The notes under the pieces are model-generated. The model ran no database searches. It saw nothing but the letters and a program-made list of their open reading frames with translations, and had not been told where the DNA came from. Positions 60,910-64,000 of a stretch of DNA of 64,000 nt are shown in pieces. The DNA comes from Scenedesmus sp. PABB004. Taxonomy: Eukaryota. The position numbers and the translations under genes are program-made. The first letter of the stretch is position 1, and each line of letters starts with the position of its first letter. The stretch is taken from NCBI GenBank assembly GCA_014905635.1, contig JABVCE010000005.1, forward strand, positions 1,426,001 through 1,490,000, given 5' to 3'.

Positions 60910-61691
60910 CTACTTGGCCGCGCCGAGCGGCGCCTTGCAGAGCTGCAGCTTCTTGAACAGCGCCGCGCCCTGCGAGCGCCGGCAGGGCTTGGTGGCGAGG
61001 CAGGTCGGGTAGTTCTCCGGCTGCTCCACCCACAGCTTGTGCGGCAGCCCCGCCTCGCGCAGCTTGGCGGCGAGGTTGACCAGCTGCTGCTCCGACTTGA
61101 CCTCCAGCACGACCTGCGCGCGCGCGGCCGCGCGCTCAGCACGCGCGGCGCGCGGCAGCCGGCGCCGCCGCCGCCGCCGACCGGCCGCCGCAAGCGGCGC
61201 CTGCAGCCGGCGCTGCCGCCACCGGTGCTCGCGCGCGTGGCGGGCAGCGGCCAGCCGGCGCGGCGTGCCTTGTGCATGTGGTCTAGGTTGGCCGGCGCCG
61301 TGTATTCCTGGGTCAGCGGGTCGGACAGGCTCTCGACCATCGCCGCCGTGGACGCGTGGCAGGCCTGCGCGATCACGGGCCCCAGCGGCCAGCCGATGTC
61401 GGTCCACAGGTCCCGCCGCAGCACCACCCACTGCACGATCGGGTCGGGCGCCGCGCCGCCGCAGCAGTCTGGCGCTGCCGCTGCCGCTGCTGCTGCTGCC
61501 GCCGCCCCGGCCGCGCCCGCGTCCGGCGCCGGGCCGCCGCCGCCGCCCGCGGCCGCCGACGACATGCGTGCTCGTCGGGCTGCTTGCCAGGGCCCTGGCT
61601 GCTGCGGACTGGGGCGCCTGGCGGCGGCGGCGGCAGCGGCAGCGGTGCGCAGCGACGACGGGCCGGACAGGGCGCGCTGCGCGCAGCGCAT
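60910..61691 (-). CDS. PTRHD1: Peptidyl-tRNA hydrolase PTH2-family protein (PTRHD1-like), 2 exons, probably organelle-targeted
   Basis: IVQWVVLRRDL..WPLGPVIAQACHA..LDHMHK|VVLEV..HKLWVEQPENYPTCLATKP, with a GC-AG intron (donor 61268). Confidence 0.88.
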
Positions 61692-61865
61692 TGAGGGCGG
61701 CGGGCGGTGCGGTTCGGCGGCGGTGCACGACAGCGGAGTGGTGCGGTCTGGCCGCAGCCGTCGGCGCCCGCGACACCCGGCGGAGCCAGCGCGGCGCAGG
61801 CGCCGCGTTTTTGCGCCGCCGCAGCCGCTCAGCGTCTTGAGTGCCGACCCCGACGATCCCGAGCC

Positions 61866-63916
61866 ATGCTTCGGTCTCTGGCGACCATGAACGCTGCAAG
61901 GGCACGCTCGCCGGAGGCCCCGGCAGAGCGGCGGGGGGGCGAGATGCAGCCGGCGACGCCGCCGCAGTCTCCCGTCGCGCTCGTCGTGCAGCGCGGCGGC
62001 GAGCTGCACTTTCTGATTACGCCTGCTACCGACGCCTGCGCCAGCCTGCACCTGGAGCTGCCGGTCAGCTCGGCGGGCGACTGGCGCCCCGGGTGCGCCG
62101 CCGCTGCTGCTGCCGCCAGCATGCTGCTGTCGCCAGCATGCTTGCTGCTGCACCGCACGGCGCCGCCTGTCGGCGGTGACCGGGGCTCGTGGCGCCCGGC
62201 TGACGCCCAGGCGCGCCGCGCCGCCGCCTGCAGGGGCCCGTGCGCGCTGATGCGCGCGTGGGCGTGCGCCGCGCCGCCGGCGCCGGGCGCGGCGCGCTGC
62301 TCGCGGCACTGGGCCGCGCCGCTGCTGCTGTACGCGCGCGACGGCTGGCCGGCGGCGCTCGCGGCGACGTGCGAGCAGGCGGCGGCGCTGCTGGGCGTGC
62401 CGGCCGTGGCGGTGTGCGACGCGGTGACGCGCGAGCCGCTGGACTGGCCGCCGCCGGCGCGCGCGGCGGAGGCCATGGACGTGGACGGCGCGGCGGCCGC
62501 GGCGCTGGCACGCGCGGCCCTGGGCGGGGGCGCGCCCGGCGCAGCGGCGCCGGCGGGCGCGCCGCCGCCGGGCGACGGCCCCGACCCCGGCGGCGCGCTC
62601 GTGCTGCGCGTGCCGCGCCCGGTCGGCAACTGGTACAACACCCCCTGCGCCGCGCTCTACCTGCTGCTGGCGCTGCCCACGGCAGACGCGTTTGTGCGCG
62701 GCGCGCGCTGCGGCGTCGAGCAGGCGGCGCGCTGCGGCAACGAGGGCGGCAACCGCGCGTTCTGCTCGCGGCACCGCGAGGCGCGCGTGACGCTGCTCGC
62801 GCGCGACGGCGGCGTCGCCGCGACGGCGGCGACGCTGCGCGAGGTGCGCGCGCTGCTGGGCGTGCAGCGGCTGCGGCTGGAGCACGAGCTGCCAGACCTC
62901 GCGTCCAAGCTGGCGCCCGGCGAGGAGGCGGACGTGCTGGGCACCGGCACGCCGCCGCCGGCGGGCGCCGAGCCCGCGCTGCAGCCGCTGGCAACACTCG
63001 TGCTGCATCCGAGCGGCGAGGAGTCGCCGGAGCGGGCGGCCGGCCGGCGCCGCAGCGGAAGCGGCTCCAGCCAGGAGTGTGGCGTGAAGCGGCCGGCCGA
63101 GCTGGAGCTGCGCGGCAGCGGCAGCAGCGCCCGGCTGGCGGGCGCGGCGCCGGCGGCCGCGCCCGCCGGGGCCGCGCCGGCGCTGCTGCGGCTGCTGCTG
63201 AGCCCGGAGCAGGCCGAGCGGGCGCTGCAGCAGGACGCCGCGCGGGAGCCGCCGCCGCGGGCGCTCGGCGGCCTCGCGCGCGACGGCGCCGACCAGCCGG
63301 CCGCGATCGCGCGGCGCGCGGCGCTGGCGCATGGCTACATCGACGTGCCCCTGGGCACGGTCGTCGGCGTGGTTCAGAGCAGCTGCCTGGGCCTCTGCCT
63401 GCAGCTGGACGTGGCGGACGGCCAGGAGCTGGCGGCGTGCGGGTGCGGGGCCGGCAGGGGCGGCCGGCGGGCTCCTGTGCGCGCCAGCATCGCTGCCGCA
63501 GCGCCCTCTGAGCTGCGCAATTGCTGCCGTCCCGTCCGCCGCCGCCGCCGCCTCGCAGGGGGCCCGTCCCGGTCATGGGCGGACGGCGCTGCGGCAACGT
63601 CGGCGGCACGCGGCGCCGCTGCAAGCAGCACCGCGCCGCCCTGGTGGCGCTCGTGGGCCGCGCGGGCGCCGAGCTCCCCGGCGCTGCTCACCTACAGGCG
63701 CTCGCGGCCGTGCTCAAGGTCGCGGGCGCCGAGGTGCTGGACAGCGCGAGCGAGCAGGCGCTGCCAGACTACCTCGCGCCGCCCACGGTGCCGACGTGGC
63801 AGCTCGGCCCCGGGAGCTCGCTGTTCCGCGTGCTGCTGCCGCGCGCCGAGGGCGCGTGCTGGGGCCTGGACATCACCACCAAGCGCCACCAGGGCGAGGC
63901 GCACGCCCTGGGGTGA
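61866..63916 (+). CDS. Hypothetical protein with repeated Cys/His motifs; exons ~61866-63442 and 63559-63916
   Basis: Long open frame from ATG 61866, absent from the ORF track probably because the unspliced frame reaches the window end without a stop. The GT-AG intron joins in phase to the 63521-63916 frame. Confidence 0.6.
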
Positions 63917-64000
63917 GCCGCGGCGTGGCGCGGCGCGGCCGCGGCCGCGGCCTGCCTCTGGCGGCGCCGGGGGCGGCGCGCTCGTCCGTGACGCCGCCGC

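Noticed and set aside
58..63904. Hundreds of long overlapping Arg/Ala/Pro-rich ORFs on both strands
   Set aside because: These are shadow frames expected from very high GC content and few stop codons. Real coding segments were identified by motifs and splice sites.

Overview
This is eukaryotic nuclear DNA with very high GC content and dense, intron-rich genes. The style fits a chlorophyte green alga, probably Sphaeropleales-like; that assignment is inferred from composition, splice sites and CCCTAAA repeats. Most ORFs in the supplied track are GC shadow frames. Splicing by eye gives about 21 protein-coding genes: a coiled-coil protein, 2OG-Fe(II) oxygenase, plastid S1-domain protein, FAD monooxygenase, SPATA4-like protein, GH32 invertase, a second coiled-coil protein, PIG-Q, P-type ATPase, SPT16, a small HNH-like protein, RING protein, TPR-methyltransferase, alginate-lyase-like protein, MER3, BBS4, LCAT-like lipase, AEP primase-like protein, CK1, PTRHD1 and an unknown Cys/His-repeat protein. 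The most notable observations are four. (1) An intron-containing gene encodes a giant-virus (NCLDV)-type archaeo-eukaryotic primase domain behind a probable organellar transit peptide. (2) GC-AG introns are unusually frequent, about 22 of roughly 140 by hand count. (3) An apparently intronless HNH/Zn-like gene looks bacterial. (4) An unknown protein carries a repeated CGNxGGx4Cx2HR motif. Several short frameshifts in G/C runs are probably assembly errors. No rRNA, tRNA, CRISPR array or transposon was recognised.
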